Assembly (NCBI GenBank): GCA_964035545.1
Contig: CAXIUT010000236.1
Span: 13,581-77,580, forward strand
Origin: Bugula neritina
Taxonomy: Eukaryota > Animalia > Bryozoa
Direction of reading: 5' to 3'
Length of the DNA: 64,000 nt
Within the stretch, counting starts at the first letter, position 1, and each line of letters opens with the position of its first letter. The position numbers were made by a program, and so were the translations under genes. Under the pieces are notes generated by a model. It ran no database searches and was not told where the DNA came from. It saw nothing but the letters and a program-made list of their open reading frames with translations. Shown piece after piece: positions 60,701 to 64,000 of this stretch.

Positions 60701-63330
60701 AAAAAAGACAACATTGAAGTGGAGTTCCACTTATTTAATCTATAAGTTCCGATGTCATGAACAATTGATAGTTGAGTGTGTTTGGTGGCCTTGCTAATTG
60801 TATGATTATGAAAACTAGTAGTTTGTAAAGGTTTTAGAAGTATGAGACTTGGGGTTTGGGGTTTGGGGTTTGGGGTTTGGGGTTTGGGGTTTGGGGTTTG
60901 GGGTTTGGGGTTTGGGGTTTGGGGTTTGGGGTTTGGGGTTTGGGGTTTGGGGTTTGGGGTTTGGGGTTTGGGGTTTGGGGTTTGGGGTTTGGGGTTTGGG
61001 GTTTGGGGTTTGGGGTTTGGGGTTTGGGGTTTGGGGTTTGGGGTTTGGGGTTTGGGGTTTGGGGTTTGGGGTTTGGGGTTTGGGGTTTGGGGTTTGGGGT
61101 TTGGGGTTTGGGGTTTGGGGTTTGGGGTTTGGGGTTTGGGGTTTGGGGTTTGAACTGAAAAACTGAAGAGAACTAACATAAAAATACTGAGAAGAAACAA
61201 ACAACAGCTTTTACACAAATCTGAGAAACCGTGAACAAACAGAAAACGCAAAAGTGAAGCAGAGTGAAGTGAAAACAACAGTCATAAAAGCATTCTACTG
61301 CCTGCATGTGTTACTAATGTGAATTCAGCAGAGGAAGTGTTATATTAGGATCATTATTGACTTTGTAAACACTATTCATCTAAATACAGTAGATTACAAG
61401 AAACAGGCCATAATGGTAAAACTGATTGCCTTGAAATATTGAGTAGTGATTTAAAAAAATCAACTTTGGCAAAATCTGAGCATGATCATGGTGTTTAAAC
61501 GGTATGAAAATACTTAATAGGGAATGAAGGAAAAATTGTCAAAACTCAAAATGAGTGAATCATATTACATACAAATTAAATGATTTTGAACTGAAAATGA
61601 GTTCAAACTGACTAACTTAAATGAATGAAAAATAGGAACAAATTACCATTCTAATATTACATAAACTCGAGTATGAAAATACAAAACATATTATATTTTT
61701 GTACTACTATTACCTATTTGTCATTAGCATAAAAACAAACACAACTAATGGAGTAAAATTTTGACTCTATTTATAATATCAATTTGAATGATGAATATAA
61801 ATTTTCGTAGTCATATACTGATGGTAAAAAAGTAGAATAGTAGCGATTATAATGATGAATATCAATATGCATAAAACCCAATTTCCAAGAGACTAGAACA
61901 AGTGCTAAAACTAGACGGACGAAACACAAATAAAGACACCGAGCTTGAAATAACATTTCATTACAATTATGACTAATGGTCATAGTGATAGTCATGCTTA
62001 TAAGTTACCAGTAGAGGTTTGAGCTGTGGGAAAATAAAATAAAACGGGAGCCTGGAAGAGAATGAAAATGATAATAATAATCAATATCATAATTTAAAAT
62101 ATTATCATAATTATTAGGCATTGCAGTTATGATTATAATTATTATAACAATAGTTGACATTATCATTATGATTATAATTATCATCGAGTTTTGTTGCCTA
62201 TGGTTATCAATATCATATTGATATTTATTCTGATAATAAAAACAAAAAAGACAACTAATACTATAACTATTAATATTACTCTTACTACTACTGTTAGTGC
62301 AAGTATTTGTGTTAGTAATACTAATAGTAATACTAATAAGCTACTAAAACTACTAAAAATAGTCAAGTGAGCTACTATTACTCTATAGTCTATTGGCATT
62401 ACTTAAATCATTAGCCTTAGCGTTACTATTACTAACATAATCTTAATGATGAAGTTTGACATAAAATGAAAACGATTAAAATTAAATGCAAGGAGCCACC
62501 ACTTGAAATTTAATTGAATTAGCAGTTGATACAGACATTACCGCGACAGGGTTAAGGATTCTCTAAACAGAACTTGCAGAAGACATCAATGTAGGTTCAG
62601 CCGAGTGAATGATGAATGGCGATCCAATTAGAACCACGATTGAATACGTGCTTGTTACGTCATGTATCGTGACGCATGACTGGCCGTGCACGGCTTTAAT
62701 ATCCATGGACTGTGAATAACGGCTTTCTATTGGTTGAACAAATAATAAAAAAGGACAACAGACTCAAGAGAGTGCGAACTATAGATTAAGTGTATATATT
62801 GAGATAATTCGTTGATCAGCAACGGAAAAGAATCAGTGAAGCATAAGGTTTAAAAACCATAGCCTTAAAAAGCAAAAAAAGTATATAAACCATAAGGCCA
62901 ATATAGTTTGAAATAGTACAAGTTTCATTCAATTTGAAAAGAGAATAACTCTAATATGCTGAAGAGTGGCTGTAAGAAATGATAGAGAGGTAAAGTTGTG
63001 TAGAAAACCACCAATGGAAAGTTATGTGGTTGGTATGTTAACTTCGAGGAAATATACTAAATTAATTACTGACCAAACGAATGCAGCATTATGTATCTGA
63101 TCATGAGTTTGGCATATTGTCCATATGAAAGCTTAAAGTTGCTGAGTGGGCTCCAGGTAGCAAAGGGTCAGAAAACTAGCCAAAAAAAGACAACATTGAA
63201 GTGGAGTTCCACTTATTTAATCTATAAGTTCCGATGTCATGAACAATTGATAGTTGAGTGTGTTTGGTGGCCTTGCTAATTGTATGATTATGAAAACTAG
63301 TAGTTTGTAAAGGTTTTAGAAGTATGAGAC
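48721..63330. repeat. Subtelomeric array of six 2179-bp units (48721-50899, 51203-53381, 53671-55849, 56132-58310, 58670-60848, 61152-63330) separated by (TTTGGGG)n tracts of 303, 289, 282, 359 and 303 bp
   Basis: Identical junctions (GTTT-GAACTGAAAA ... GTATGAGAC-TTGGGG). The short ORF translations are identical in all six units. Confidence 0.98.
50150..50320. promoter_or_regulatory. CpG-rich promoter-like patch inside each subtelomeric unit (shown for unit 1)
   Basis: Opposed CCAAT (~50193) and ATTGG (~50298) boxes, CRE-like TTACGTCA and TGACGC, and palindrome GCCGTGCACGGC within otherwise very AT-rich DNA. Confidence 0.4.
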
Positions 63331-64000
63331 TTGGGGTTTGGGGTTTGGGGTTTGGGGTTTGGGGTTTGGGGTTTGGGGTTTGGGGTTTGGGGTTTGGGGT
63401 TTGGGGTTTGGGGTTTGGGGTTTGGGGTTTGGGGTTTGGGGTTTGGGGTTTGGGGTTTGGGGTTTGGGGTTTGGGGTTTGGGGTTTGGGGTTTGGGGTTT
63501 GGGGTTTGGGGTTTGGGGTTTGGGGTTTGGGGTTTGGGGTTTGGGGTTTGGGGTTTGGGGTTTGGGGTTTGGGGTTTGGGGTTTGGGGTTTGGGGTTTGG
63601 GGTTTGGGGTTTGGGGTTTGGGGTTTGGGGTTTGGGGTTTGGGGTTTGGGGTTTGGGGTTTGGGGTTTGGGGTTTGGGGTTTGGGGTTTGGGGTTTGGGG
63701 TTTGGGGTTTGGGGTTTGGGGTTTGGGGTTTGGGGTTTGGGGTTTGGGGTTTGGGGTTTGGGGTTTGGGGTTTGGGGTTTGGGGTTTGGGGTTTGGGGTT
63801 TGGGGTTTGGGGTTTGGGGTTTGGGGTTTGGGGTTTGGGGTTTGGGGTTTGGGGTTTGGGGTTTGGGGTTTGGGGTTTGGGGTTTGGGGTTTGGGGTTTG
63901 GGGTTTGGGGTTTGGGGTTTGGGGTTTGGGGTTTGGGGTTTGGGGTTTGGGGTTTGGGGTTTGGGGTTTGGGGTTTGGGGTTTGGGGTTTGGGGTTTGGG
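63331..64000 (+). repeat. Terminal telomeric tract (TTTGGGG)n, >=670 bp, G-rich strand running 5'->3' toward the window end
   Basis: Pure heptamer, longer than any internal tract, with the polarity expected at a chromosome end. Confidence 0.88.

Noticed and set aside
50745-61278. ORFs with PKPQTPN / GFGVWGL repeats
   Set aside because: These are translations of (TTTGGGG)n, which has no stop codons in any frame.

Overview
This is AT-rich eukaryotic (animal-like, spliceosomal introns) DNA that appears to run into a chromosome end. In order: (1) ~19.2 kb of a 26-bp satellite with a fold-back inversion near 1450-1500, then 49-bp and 35-37-bp minisatellites. (2) The last two coding exons of a single-pass membrane protein, which places the satellite in an intron if the gene is intact. 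(3) A spliced, apparently non-coding multi-exon unit, present once on + (21.6-33 kb) and as several partial, rearranged inverted copies on - (35.7-48.1 kb). (4) A complete, apparently intact PIF/Harbinger transposon (26214-31590; TTA TSD; 432-aa DDE transposase with a GC-AG intron; convergent 305-aa MADF gene) inserted in an exon of that unit, with the empty site visible in the inverted copy. (5) A compound (AGTCTT)n array that multiplies a minus-strand splice acceptor. (6) An 817-bp MITE with an 8-bp TSD. (7) Six apparently identical 2179-bp non-coding units separated by ~280-360-bp (TTTGGGG)n tracts, ending in an uninterrupted (TTTGGGG)n tract at the window edge. The most interesting system is this terminal array: it begins at a 13-bp internal telomere seed and looks like recombination- or template-based (TALT/Y-prime-like) amplification of the chromosome end. 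Most ORFs in the supplied track are repeat artefacts. Gene models were spliced and translated by hand; no searches were run.
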